From the NCBI GenBank assembly GCA_016783745.1, contig JADHVZ010000006.1:3397-67396 (forward strand): a stretch of 64,000 bases of DNA, given 5' to 3'. The notes beneath the pieces were generated by a model. It saw only the letters and a list, made by a program, of their open reading frames with translations. It was not told the origin of the DNA and ran no database searches. A program made the position numbers and the translations under genes. This stretch comes from Candidatus Omnitrophota bacterium. GTDB lineage: Bacteria > Omnitrophota > Gorgyraeia > JAHIPI01. Shown here piece by piece: positions 1-10,152 of this stretch. How positions within the stretch are numbered: position 1 is the first letter of the stretch; every line of letters starts with the position of its first letter.

Positions 1-2
1 CT

Positions 3-1152
<1,150 letters not shown>

Positions 1153-1192
1153 CTTTTCACTACCCCCTTTCATATTTTTTATTCCGAAATTT

Positions 1193-1219
1193 TTAGCACT
1201 CTAAGTATATGAGTGCTAA
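1193..1219. promoter_or_regulatory. CIRCE element (HrcA operator) upstream of groESL
   Basis: Perfect TTAGCACTC-taagtatat-GAGTGCTAA (N9 spacer). Confidence 0.97.
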
Positions 1220-1229
1220 GTAGACTTTC

Positions 1230-1257
1230 ATTATACGGTAATATCCGAAAAAATCAA
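1230..1257 (-). promoter_or_regulatory. Sigma70-type promoter of groESL
   Basis: Minus strand TTGATT-N16-TATAAT directly upstream of CIRCE. Confidence 0.65.
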
Positions 1258-1265
1258 GTATTTTC

Positions 1266-2012
1266 TTATATTTTTTTCATTTTTTCTAAATATGCCAGTT
1301 TTACGCCTTTCAGGGTAAGATCCTCGTCTACCTTCCGTATCGCAATACTATGTTTCGCGATCAAACGCGCGTTACCGCCCGTAGCTATCACCTTAAATTT
1401 ATATTTAAATTTGTTTTGCAGTTTTTTAACAAGCCCATCGCACAACAAAGCGCATCCGTAGTATATTCCGCTTGCCATGCTTTCAGATGTGGTTTTTCCT
1501 AAAACAGCCGGAATTTTTTTAAGTGTGATCTTCGGCAAAAGGGCTGTCTTTTCGGCAAGGGAATTCAAGGACAATTCGATGCCCGGCGCGATGATGCCCC
1601 CAGCATATGCTCCGCTTTTTGATACAACATCAAAGGTCACTGCGGTTCCGAAGTCCACGATTATCAGGGGGGCTTTATATATCACGCAACCGGCGTAGGC
1701 ATTGATCAATCTATCCTGCCCCACCTGTTCAGGCCTTTTGTATAAATTCCTTATAGGCACGCGGATATCCTTGCCCATAATAAGCGGTTTTATCTTGAAT
1801 ATTCTCTTCAAAATACCGGTCAGTGCCTTTTCCGCCTTGGGCACAACGCTGCAGATCAGGATCGCGCCTACCTTATATCTAGCAAATGCCTTCTTTATCT
1901 TCCGGGCAAGAGCCTTATCGTACGTAGGTATCCGTGACTTCTTCACAAGCTGTTTATCCTTGAATACCCCCAGCGTTATATTGCTGTTTCCGATATCTAT
2001 TGCGAGTAACAT
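1266..2012 (-). CDS. coaX: Type III pantothenate kinase
   Basis: LAIDIGNSNI, VGQDRL, IVDFGTAVTFD and GGIIAPG motifs. Confidence 0.95.
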   Translation of the reverse strand: MLLAIDIGNSNITLGVFKDKQLVKKSRIPTYDKALARKIKKAFARYKVGAILICSVVPKAEKALTGILKRIFKIKPLIMGKDIRVPIRNLYKRPEQVGQDRLINAYAGCVIYKAPLIIVDFGTAVTFDVVSKSGAYAGGIIAPGIELSLNSLAEKTALLPKITLKKIPAVLGKTTSESMASGIYYGCALLCDGLVKKLQNKFKYKFKVIATGGNARLIAKHSIAIRKVDEDLTLKGVKLAYLEKMKKI

Positions 2013-2021
2013 GCCTTCCTC

Positions 2022-2978
2022 CTAATGCGCTATAGTTACGTCCCCTGAGAGTATCCGCTTCTGGATCCCGCTGTCCAATCTTACTACAAGCGCCCCGTCT
2101 TTGTCAACATCAAGGGCGTGTCCCTCTGTTTTCTCGTTATGGCAATGTATCTTTACATGATGGCCTAAAGTTGCCGAATAATCACGCCATTCATTTCGGA
2201 TCTTGCCGAAGCCTTCTTTATTAAAAAGCGCCATATGCTCTTCCAGGCTTTCCAGTATTTTTTTCGTTAAGGCGACCTTGGAGATCTTTCCTTCAGATTC
2301 TTTCGCCAGCGAGGTAGCGGTTTTAGGCAGGTTCCCTGTAGCCGCGCCCACATTTATCCCGATGCCCACGATAACAAAATCCACTCTGTCCTGCTCAGCC
2401 TTCATCTCTGTCAGTATGCCGCAGACCTTTTTCTTTCCTATCATTATATCATTTGGCCATTTGATCATGGCAGAGACACCTGTTATTTCTCTTATGGATG
2501 AGCAGACCGCGACCGCGGCCACGAGCGTTATCTTGGCGACCTCTCGCGGCTCGATATCAGGCCTCAATATACAGGAAAGATAGATGCCGCCATTAGGGGA
2601 TATCCAGTTCCTCCCCTGTCTGCCTTTGCCTTTCTTCTGGCGCTCCGCCACAACTATAGCGCCTTCCTTCTCGCCTTTTTCGGCCAGGCCGTAGGCAGTA
2701 TTATTTGTAGAATCAAGGCTCTCGTATGCCAGGACCTTATTCCCCAGGGACCTGGTAGAGAGCTTATATTGAATTTCCTCAGGGATCAACCGATCGGGAC
2801 GGGCCACTAATTTATACCCCAGATGCGGTACCGCGTCGATCTCATACCCCAGGTGCCGTAAGGTCTGGATATGTTTCCATACGCTGGCCCTTGAGAATCC
2901 CAGCTCCTTGCTTATTTCTTCCCCGGAAACATAATTGTCATCATGCTTCCCGAATATCCTCAGTATCTTCTCATCCAT
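2022..2978 (-). CDS. birA: Bifunctional biotin operon repressor / biotin-protein ligase
   Basis: N-terminal HTH (VSGEEISKELGFSRASVWKHI), Q..GKGRQGRNW, KWPND and KVCGIL motifs. Confidence 0.95.
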   Translation of the reverse strand: MDEKILRIFGKHDDNYVSGEEISKELGFSRASVWKHIQTLRHLGYEIDAVPHLGYKLVARPDRLIPEEIQYKLSTRSLGNKVLAYESLDSTNNTAYGLAEKGEKEGAIVVAERQKKGKGRQGRNWISPNGGIYLSCILRPDIEPREVAKITLVAAVAVCSSIREITGVSAMIKWPNDIMIGKKKVCGILTEMKAEQDRVDFVIVGIGINVGAATGNLPKTATSLAKESEGKISKVALTKKILESLEEHMALFNKEGFGKIRNEWRDYSATLGHHVKIHCHNEKTEGHALDVDKDGALVVRLDSGIQKRILSGDVTIAH

Positions 2979-2991
2979 ATTAAAGCCTCCA

Positions 2992-3026
2992 CGTCATTGC
3001 GAGCCCCAAAGGGGCGAAGCAATCTC
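2992..3026 (+). repeat. CGTC-type REP-like palindrome, left copy
   Basis: CGTCATTGCGAG-ccccaaagggg-CGAAGCAATCTC; an inverted copy lies at 3332-3368. Confidence 0.8.
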
Positions 3027-3315
3027 AAAGATTGTTATACAAGTCAATAAAATCTGGATTGATGCTTTTTATAAGTTGTATTTTCTTCTTCCTGGACCCT
3101 GCCTTGATTTGTTTTTCTCTCTCTATCGCATCATTAATATCGTCAAATACTTCATAATAAACTAATTTATCTACATTGTATCTTTTAGTGAATCCGCCTA
3201 ATAACTTGTGTTTGTGCTCGTAAATTCTTTTTTGCAGATCACTTGAAATACCTGTGTAAATTACAGTATTTCTTTTGTTTGTCATCATGTATATATAACT
3301 TTGACGTTCATCCAT
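3025..3315 (-). CDS. Small GIY-YIG family nuclease (96 aa)
   Basis: YIYMMTN...IYTGISSDLQKRIYEHK...FTKRY...LVYYE...AIEREKQIK. Start set at ATG 3315; the ORF-track extension to 3363 lies in the repeat. Confidence 0.9.
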   Translation of the reverse strand: MDERQSYIYMMTNKRNTVIYTGISSDLQKRIYEHKHKLLGGFTKRYNVDKLVYYEVFDDINDAIEREKQIKAGSRKKKIQLIKSINPDFIDLYNNL

Positions 3316-3331
3316 TTGTATTGGCTTTGCT

Positions 3332-3368
3332 GGGATTGCTTCGGTCGCTTCGCGGCCTCGCAATGACG
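3332..3368 (-). repeat. CGTC-type REP-like palindrome, right (inverted) copy
   Basis: Minus strand reads CGTCATTGCGAG-gccgcgaagcgac-CGAAGCAATCCC. Confidence 0.8.
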
Positions 3369-3379
3369 GGAAACAGTTT

Positions 3380-5374
3380 TTACGTCTTCTTCTTTATTGA
3401 CTTCTCCTTCTTATATTTTTTAGTCAGCCTGGTCAGCTGGTCGCGATATACAGCGGCTCTCTCGAATTCCAGATTGCGCGCCGCAAGCTCCATATTGTGT
3501 TCCAGTTCAGAGATAAGCTCGTTAAATTCGTGCTGATCCTCGTTCTCACCCGCAACTTGAGCTACAAACTCCTTCGCTTTGGAATAAGCCTCTATGCCTT
3601 CTCTTATAGCTTTTTTAATGGAAGTGGGCTTGATATTGTTCTTTTTGTTGAATTCAAGCTGCTTCTCTCTCCTCCTGCGCGTCTCATCGATCGTCTTCCT
3701 CATCGAACCTGTTATCCTATCCGCATATAAGATGACCTGGCCGTTCACGTTTCTGGCAGCCCTTCCCGCTAGCTGCGTTAAAGATGTCTGGCTTCGCAGG
3801 AAACCTTCCTTATCAGCATCCAGCACCGCTACTAAAGAGACCTCAGGCAGGTCTATGCCTTCCCTCAAAAGATTTATTCCTACTATGCAGTCGAATTTCT
3901 TAAGACGGAGGTCTCTTATGATCTCTACCCTTTCTATGACATCGATCTCCGAATGGAGGTATTTTACGCGGATCCCCACTTCCTTAAGATATGCTGCCAG
4001 GTCCTCGGACATCCTCTTTGTCAGGGTATTGACGATGACTCTCTCTTTTACCTCCGCCCTCTTCCGCACCTCTTCAATAAGGTCGTCTATCTCATTTTCG
4101 CTGGGTTTTATGATGATATCCGGGTCAAGTAATCCGGTAGGCCTTATGATCTGCTCCGCGACAACAGCGCTTTTGCCAAGTTCATAGGGTGCTGGCGTAG
4201 CTGAGGCAAACACGGTATGCGAGGTGATTTTTTCAAATTCATCGGATTTTAACGGGCGGTTGTCCAGCGCTGAGGGTAATCTGAAACCATACTCCACAAG
4301 CGTAAGCTTGCGGGAACGATCCCCCTCATACATGCCGCGTACCTGCGGAACCGTTACGTGCGACTCGTCTATTATCACAAGAAGATCTTTCGGGAAATAA
4401 TCGATCAGACAATACGGTTTTGACCCCGGAGCCCTGCCTGAAAGATGACGGGAATAGTTTTCAATACCTGAGCAATACCCCAGCTCTTTCAGCATATCTA
4501 TATCATAATTAGTCCTGGACTCAAGCCTCTGGGCCTCAAGAAGCTTATTATTTTCTCTTAATTCCTTCAGCCTGCCGGCGAGCTCTTCTTTTATAGTCAC
4601 TATTGCTTTATTTATCTTATCTTCGGTAGTGACAAAGTGCTTTGCCGGATATATAGCAACCTTATTGATCTCGTTTATAGTCTTACCGGTAAGCGGGTCT
4701 ATCTCTCTAAGCCGTGATATCACATCATCCGATAGCTCCACCCTGATGGCCTTGTTCTCATAAGCCGGAAATATCTCTATCACCTCGCCGCGCGCCCTGA
4801 AGGTACCCCTCGCGAAATCGTAATCATTTCTGGAATAATGGATGTTTACCAGCTTTTTCATTATCTCATCCCGGGGTGTTTTCTCGCCCTTCTCCAGAAA
4901 TACAAGAAGCTCCGCATAGTCTTCGGGCGAACCCAAACCGTATATACAGGATACGCTGGCAACGATTATCACATCGCGCCTTGACATAAGCGAGCTTGTA
5001 GCTGAAAGCCTCAGCTTGTCGATTTCCTTGTTTATGGAAGCGTCTTTCTCAATATAGGTATCGGTGCGGGGAACATACGCCTCAGGCTGGTAATAATCAT
5101 AATAGCTTACAAAATACTCTACGGCGTTCTCTTGAAAAAGCTCTTTGAATTCACTGTAAAGCTGGGCGGCCAGAGTCTTGTTGTGAGAGATGACCAGAGT
5201 CGGCCTGTTGAGGTTATTTATGACGTGGGCAAGCGAAAAAGTCTTTCCCGAACCCGTAACGCCAAGAAGCGTTTGATAGCGGTTTCCTTTTGAGATACTG
5301 TCAGTGAGGGCCTTGATGGCTTTAGGCTGGTCGCCTCTCGGCCTTAAGTCTGTAGTGAGCTTGAATTTGTTCAT
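3380..5374 (-). CDS. uvrB: Excinuclease ABC subunit B
   Basis: [25 protein letters not shown] and C-terminal [11 protein letters not shown] motifs. Confidence 0.98.
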   Translation of the reverse strand: MNKFKLTTDLRPRGDQPKAIKALTDSISKGNRYQTLLGVTGSGKTFSLAHVINNLNRPTLVISHNKTLAAQLYSEFKELFQENAVEYFVSYYDYYQPEAYVPRTDTYIEKDASINKEIDKLRLSATSSLMSRRDVIIVASVSCIYGLGSPEDYAELLVFLEKGEKTPRDEIMKKLVNIHYSRNDYDFARGTFRARGEVIEIFPAYENKAIRVELSDDVISRLREIDPLTGKTINEINKVAIYPAKHFVTTEDKINKAIVTIKEELAGRLKELRENNKLLEAQRLESRTNYDIDMLKELGYCSGIENYSRHLSGRAPGSKPYCLIDYFPKDLLVIIDESHVTVPQVRGMYEGDRSRKLTLVEYGFRLPSALDNRPLKSDEFEKITSHTVFASATPAPYELGKSAVVAEQIIRPTGLLDPDIIIKPSENEIDDLIEEVRKRAEVKERVIVNTLTKRMSEDLAAYLKEVGIRVKYLHSEIDVIERVEIIRDLRLKKFDCIVGINLLREGIDLPEVSLVAVLDADKEGFLRSQTSLTQLAGRAARNVNGQVILYADRITGSMRKTIDETRRRREKQLEFNKKNNIKPTSIKKAIREGIEAYSKAKEFVAQVAGENEDQHEFNELISELEHNMELAARNLEFERAAVYRDQLTRLTKKYKKEKSIKKKT

Positions 5375-5390
5375 GTTTACGAGTGCCTTT

Positions 5391-5632
5391 TAAGCAATGT
5401 TGATATGCCCCGAGCGAATCAAAAATTTAGCCTCGAGCAAGCAAAAAATCGGTTTCTAAAAGGACAGTCGTTGTCCGGTGGCACTTACTACGCTCCGGTC
5501 CTTCGCTTTGTGAAGCAAAGCGAAGGACGAGCCGACGCGGTAGCGTCAGGCGAGTTCGACCGTCCCCGATTTTTTGCGCCGCGAGAGGCGTATAAAATTT
5601 TTGTTGAGCAGAGGGGCTATCAACATTGCTTA
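5391..5632. mobile_element. MITE-like nested palindromic element with TA at both ends
   Basis: Terminal inverted repeat TA|AGCAATGTTGATATGCCCC ... GGGGCTATCAACATTGCT|TA (one indel); inner pair GCAAAAAATCGG 5441-5452 / 5566-5577; 13-bp perfect hairpin at 5498-5528. Confidence 0.7.
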
Positions 5633-6508
5633 TATTACATTCAAAGAAAAATCTATTATCGCGGGGGAATGCGTGAGCGCGCCGATGGAGATCCGGTCCA
5701 CGCCGGTCTTCGCGTATTCCTCTATATTATTGAGGTTGATATTGCCGGATACCTCGATCACAGCCCGCTTCCCTTTTGAGCCGCCCGAATCTCTTATTTT
5801 TATGGCTTCTTTTATCATATCAGGCTTCATGTTATCCAGCATGATGATGTCAGCGCCGGATGAAAGCGCGTCCTGGAACTCAGCTATATTCTTTACCTCT
5901 ACCTCTATCTTTATATTCTTCTGCGCCTTATTTTTGGCGGCCTTTACAGAATCCTCGACAACCGATGACCCCTTTGTCTTTTTCAGCCTCTCGATGATCG
6001 CCAGGTGATTATCCTTTATCAGGACCTGATCATATAGGCCCATCCTGTGGTTTTTTCCGCCGCCTATCTTTACCGCGTATTTCTCAAAATAGCGCAGATT
6101 GGGAGTTGTCTTTCTCGTATCAAATATATCCACTTTATACGGGGCCGCCTTATCGACAAACCTTTTCGTAAGGGTGGCTATACCGCTTAGGCGGTTCAGA
6201 AAATTCAGCACCAGCCGCTCGCCTTTCAGTACCGATGAAGCCTTTCCCTCTATGTAGCAGACGGCCTTACCGTGTTCGATCTCACTTCCCTCGCCAATAT
6301 TCAATTTGACTCTAAGGTCAGCGTCCAGAAACCCGTACACAGCTTCCACAATAGGCAGTCCCGCCACAATACCTTCTGATTTCGCTATGATATCCGCTTT
6401 GATCTTTTCCCCGGGAGGGATCAAAAACGAGGTGGTAAGATCGATCCTGCCTATATCCTCTTCCAGCGCCCTTTTTATAACATCTAAGATCTTTTCTTTT
6501 TTTAACAT
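5630..6508 (-). CDS. nadC: Nicotinate-nucleotide pyrophosphorylase (carboxylating)
   Basis: DTRKTTP, NHRMGLYD.VLIKDNH, EVEV and IMLDNM motifs. Confidence 0.96.
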   Translation of the reverse strand: MLKKEKILDVIKRALEEDIGRIDLTTSFLIPPGEKIKADIIAKSEGIVAGLPIVEAVYGFLDADLRVKLNIGEGSEIEHGKAVCYIEGKASSVLKGERLVLNFLNRLSGIATLTKRFVDKAAPYKVDIFDTRKTTPNLRYFEKYAVKIGGGKNHRMGLYDQVLIKDNHLAIIERLKKTKGSSVVEDSVKAAKNKAQKNIKIEVEVKNIAEFQDALSSGADIIMLDNMKPDMIKEAIKIRDSGGSKGKRAVIEVSGNINLNNIEEYAKTGVDRISIGALTHSPAIIDFSLNVI

Positions 6509-6516
6509 AATAACAC

Positions 6517-7221
6517 CTAAAGTTCTTTCAACTTCTTTATCTCCGTTTCTCTCAATCGCCGGTAAGCTCCCTTTCTCAGGGACCCCAGCTTAAGAAACTC
6601 ATATCCGATCCTCTCAAGTTTCTTAATGGGGTGGCCTAAAAAAAGGAACATGCTCCTGATCTGTCTTTTTCTTCCTTCGTGTACCTCTATATACAGATCG
6701 CTTACCTTCTCATCAGCGCTGATTATGCTCACTTTGGCTCGAGCCGTCTTTCGGCCCTCTATGATAATACCTCTTTCAAGGCGCCTTATTTCTCTATCGC
6801 CGATCTTCCCCCTGCAATAGACGCGGTATTTCTTTCTTACTTCAAACTTCGGGTGCGTCAGCCTGTAGGTCAGGTCCCCGTCATTGGTCAGGATCAAAAG
6901 CCCTGTCGTATCCATATCAAGCCGGCCCACAGGATGCAGCTCGCGGAACTCCTTAGGAAGCATGTCAAAAACCGTCTTCCGCCCCTCCGGATCATGTTTA
7001 GATGTAATAAAACCTTTCGGCTTATTAAGGATGATATATACTTTTTTCTTGAATGTGAGCCTTTTGCCGCTTACCTCCACGTTGTCTTTATCCGGATCGA
7101 CAGCATAGCCTTTTTCACGGACTATCTTTCCGTTTACAAGAACATGGCCGTTTTCGATTATCTCTACGGCTTTCCTGCGGGAGGTTATTCCGGCGCGAGA
7201 AAGAACCACTTGAAGGCGCAT
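6517..7221 (-). CDS. rluB: RsuA/RluB-family pseudouridine synthase
   Basis: N-terminal S4 domain (RLQVVLSRAGITSRRKA), PVGRLDMDTTGL and EGRKRQIR motifs. Confidence 0.85.
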   Translation of the reverse strand: MRLQVVLSRAGITSRRKAVEIIENGHVLVNGKIVREKGYAVDPDKDNVEVSGKRLTFKKKVYIILNKPKGFITSKHDPEGRKTVFDMLPKEFRELHPVGRLDMDTTGLLILTNDGDLTYRLTHPKFEVRKKYRVYCRGKIGDREIRRLERGIIIEGRKTARAKVSIISADEKVSDLYIEVHEGRKRQIRSMFLFLGHPIKKLERIGYEFLKLGSLRKGAYRRLRETEIKKLKEL

Positions 7222-7224
7222 ATG

Positions 7225-9873
7225 TCAGCTCAGATCCTTTAAATTCTCTTCCAGGCGTTTTAAGGTGCTTTTAAAACCGGTTTCCGATAGCTTTGTCTTT
7301 TCGATAATATCCTTAGGCGCCCTTTCCATAAAGTTCTTATTCTTAAGCTTCTGCGCTATCACCTCAAGCCTTTTGACCACTTCCTGTTTTTGCTTAATAA
7401 GCCTGCTTTTCTCTTTTTCAAAATCTATTATGCCTTCAAGCGGTATATATACCTCCGCCATCTGCGGCGCTGCGTAAGCGGAGTGGGACGGCTTCGCGAT
7501 GCCCTTTCCTATCTCTAATGCTTTGACCCGGCATAACTTCTTTATGTATGCCTCTAGATCCTTTAAGATATTGCCGTGCTTCGGCTGCTTATATGACAAA
7601 ACCACTTTTATCTCGGTCCTCTGGTCTATGTTCCATTCGGAGCGTATATTGCGGATGGCCGTTATAACCTGTATGACGCCCTCAATATCATCTTCCAGTT
7701 CCTTAGAGATGAACTGCTTCTGTAGATGAGGCCATGAGCTTATCATGATGGGATCTCTCTCGTGCGGCAGATTCTGCCACAATTCTTCCGTAATAAACGG
7801 CATAAAAGGATGCAGCACCCTGAGAGACTTCTCAAGCACCTTATAGAGTATTATCTGGGTAGACTTCTCACCGGCTGAAAGTTTTGTAAACTCGATGTAC
7901 CAGTCGCAGAACTCATGCCAGAAAAATTCATATATCCGTGAGGCGGCATCATTAAAGCGGTAATTATCGAGACTTTCTGTGATATCTTTAAGCGCGGAGA
8001 AAAATCTGCTGAGTATCCACTTATCCACGGTCTTAAGGCTTGCAGCCTTGGCGTATACGCAAAGATCCACATTTATGTCATTCTGAAAAGTCGTAAGGAT
8101 ATAACGTGTGGCGTTCCATATCTTATTGGCAAAATTTCTGCCTATCTCGAATCTCCTGGGAGAAAGAAAGACATCCTGGCCTGTGGCCGTTATGGATATT
8201 ATGCTGAACCTGAGCGCGTCCGCGCCGAAAGAGCCTATTATCTCAAGCGGGTCTATTACATTGCCGAGTGATTTTGACATCTTTGTGCCTGTATCATCCC
8301 GGACCGTGCCATGGATATACACATCTTTAAAAGGTATTTCCCCTGTGAACTCGAATCCGGCCATGATCATCCGGGCGACCCAGAAAAATATTATCTCCTG
8401 CGCCGTTACCAGCACATTCGTCGGATAGAAATATTCAAATTCCGTCTTATTCTTCTCATCGCCTTCACTGAACGGCCAGTAAAAAGTAGCAAAAGGCCAT
8501 AGCCATGAAGAAAACCATGTATCAAGTACGTCCGGATCCTGCTCAAGCGCTTCAGAGTTACATTTCGGGCATTTATCCGGCCTTGCATTAGAAACTATTA
8601 CCTCCTCACACTGCGTGCAGTAATATACCGGGATCCTGTGCCCCCACCATATCTGCCGTGATATGCACCAGTCATGGATGTTTTCCATCCAGTTAAGATA
8701 GACCTTTGTCCATCTGGCGGGATAGAATTTTATTTTTCCTTTTTTGACTGCGTCTATGGCCGGTTTGGCAAGCGGCTTCATCTTCACAAACCACTGTTTA
8801 GATAGATACGGCTCGATTATTGTGTGGCAGCGGTAGCAATGTCCGGCTGAAAGCTGATGCGGCTCTACTTTTTCAAGAAGGTTCTTTTCTTTGAGGTCCT
8901 TCAGTATCACCTTTCTAGCCTCAAACCTGTCCATATCCTTATATTCGCCCGCGTTTTCGTTCATGCGGCCGTCAGGATGCATTACATTGACAAATTCCAG
9001 TCCGTGCTTTTTGCCCATGGCATAGTCGTTGGGATCATGCGCGGGTGTCACCTTGACCGCTCCTGTCCCGAACTTCTTATCTACCATGTCATCGGCGATT
9101 ATCTTGATCTCCCTGTTTATCAAAGGAAGGATAAGCGTTTGCCCGATATATTTTTTATACCTTTTGTCCTTGGGATTTACAGCGACAGCCGTATCCCCCA
9201 GCATGGTCTCCGGCCTGGTAGTCGCGACCATCACATATTTTTTAGCGTCATCCTTAAACGGGTATTTAAAATAATAGAGGCTGCCCTGGAGCTCCTTGCG
9301 CGGGGCCTCTTCATCGGAAAGCGCGGTATGGCACCGCGGACACCAGTTGATTATGTAATTCCCCTGATAGATGAGGCCCTTTCCATGCAGCCTGACAAAA
9401 ACATCTGTGATCACCCTGGAATAGGCGTCGTCCATTGTGAAACGAGTCCTCGACCAGTCGCATGAAGCGCCAAGCTTTTTAAGCTGGTGTATTATGGTAG
9501 AGCCGTATTCTTCTTTCCACTTCCATACGCGCTCGATAAATTCTTCACGGCCCAGATCCTGTCGCCTGAGATTCTCCTTGGCAATATCCTTTTCGACGGC
9601 ATTCTGTGTGGCTATGCCGGCATGGTCAGTGCCCGGCATCCATAAGGACTCGTGGCCCTGCATTCTCTTAAAACGTATGAGGATATCCTGGATGGTATTA
9701 TTGAGGGCATGGCCCATGTGCAGGATGCCGGTGATATTAGGCGGAGGGATGACTATGGAATACGGCTTTTTCTTGCCGTCTTCCTTCGCGGCGAATAGAT
9801 TCCTCTGTTCCCAGGATTTGTAGACACGATCCTCTACGGTTCTGGGGTCGTATGCTTTTGGAAGTTCTTTCAT
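7225..9873 (-). CDS. valS: Valine--tRNA ligase
   Basis: PPPNITGILHMGH, DWCISRQIWWGH and KMSKS motifs; C-terminal coiled coil. Confidence 0.98.
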   Translation of the reverse strand: MKELPKAYDPRTVEDRVYKSWEQRNLFAAKEDGKKKPYSIVIPPPNITGILHMGHALNNTIQDILIRFKRMQGHESLWMPGTDHAGIATQNAVEKDIAKENLRRQDLGREEFIERVWKWKEEYGSTIIHQLKKLGASCDWSRTRFTMDDAYSRVITDVFVRLHGKGLIYQGNYIINWCPRCHTALSDEEAPRKELQGSLYYFKYPFKDDAKKYVMVATTRPETMLGDTAVAVNPKDKRYKKYIGQTLILPLINREIKIIADDMVDKKFGTGAVKVTPAHDPNDYAMGKKHGLEFVNVMHPDGRMNENAGEYKDMDRFEARKVILKDLKEKNLLEKVEPHQLSAGHCYRCHTIIEPYLSKQWFVKMKPLAKPAIDAVKKGKIKFYPARWTKVYLNWMENIHDWCISRQIWWGHRIPVYYCTQCEEVIVSNARPDKCPKCNSEALEQDPDVLDTWFSSWLWPFATFYWPFSEGDEKNKTEFEYFYPTNVLVTAQEIIFFWVARMIMAGFEFTGEIPFKDVYIHGTVRDDTGTKMSKSLGNVIDPLEIIGSFGADALRFSIISITATGQDVFLSPRRFEIGRNFANKIWNATRYILTTFQNDINVDLCVYAKAASLKTVDKWILSRFFSALKDITESLDNYRFNDAASRIYEFFWHEFCDWYIEFTKLSAGEKSTQIILYKVLEKSLRVLHPFMPFITEELWQNLPHERDPIMISSWPHLQKQFISKELEDDIEGVIQVITAIRNIRSEWNIDQRTEIKVVLSYKQPKHGNILKDLEAYIKKLCRVKALEIGKGIAKPSHSAYAAPQMAEVYIPLEGIIDFEKEKSRLIKQKQEVVKRLEVIAQKLKNKNFMERAPKDIIEKTKLSETGFKSTLKRLEENLKDLS

Positions 9874-9884
9874 CTCGGCAGTTT

Positions 9885-10142
9885 TTAGCGCTTCATCATC
9901 GCGCAGCTACTCTTCGAGCCCCACCCCTTATACATCTTCCCGTGGCCCTGATAAGCCGAACATACGCTAAAGACCAGAGTAAATGCCGCGGCTACCCAGA
10001 GAGACATGGCGATCACATTTCCGAAGGATCTAAGCAGGCCCTTCTTTAATTTATCCGCTATTACCAGTACAAAGAAACTGAGCATCACTAGAAGCAGCGC
10101 GCTGGTGATCCCGCATAACCCGAAACTCCTCATAGCGATCAT
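9885..10142 (-). CDS. Small membrane protein of unknown function
   Basis: AGGAGG RBS 5 nt before ATG 10142; two hydrophobic segments; fills the gap between cimA and valS. Confidence 0.7.
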   Translation of the reverse strand: MIAMRSFGLCGITSALLLVMLSFFVLVIADKLKKGLLRSFGNVIAMSLWVAAAFTLVFSVCSAYQGHGKMYKGWGSKSSCAMMKR

Positions 10143-10152
10143 GTGCACCTCC

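Noticed and set aside
5405-5779. 124-aa plus-strand ORF
   Set aside because: It runs through the palindromic element and antisense into nadC; it has no transposase motifs.
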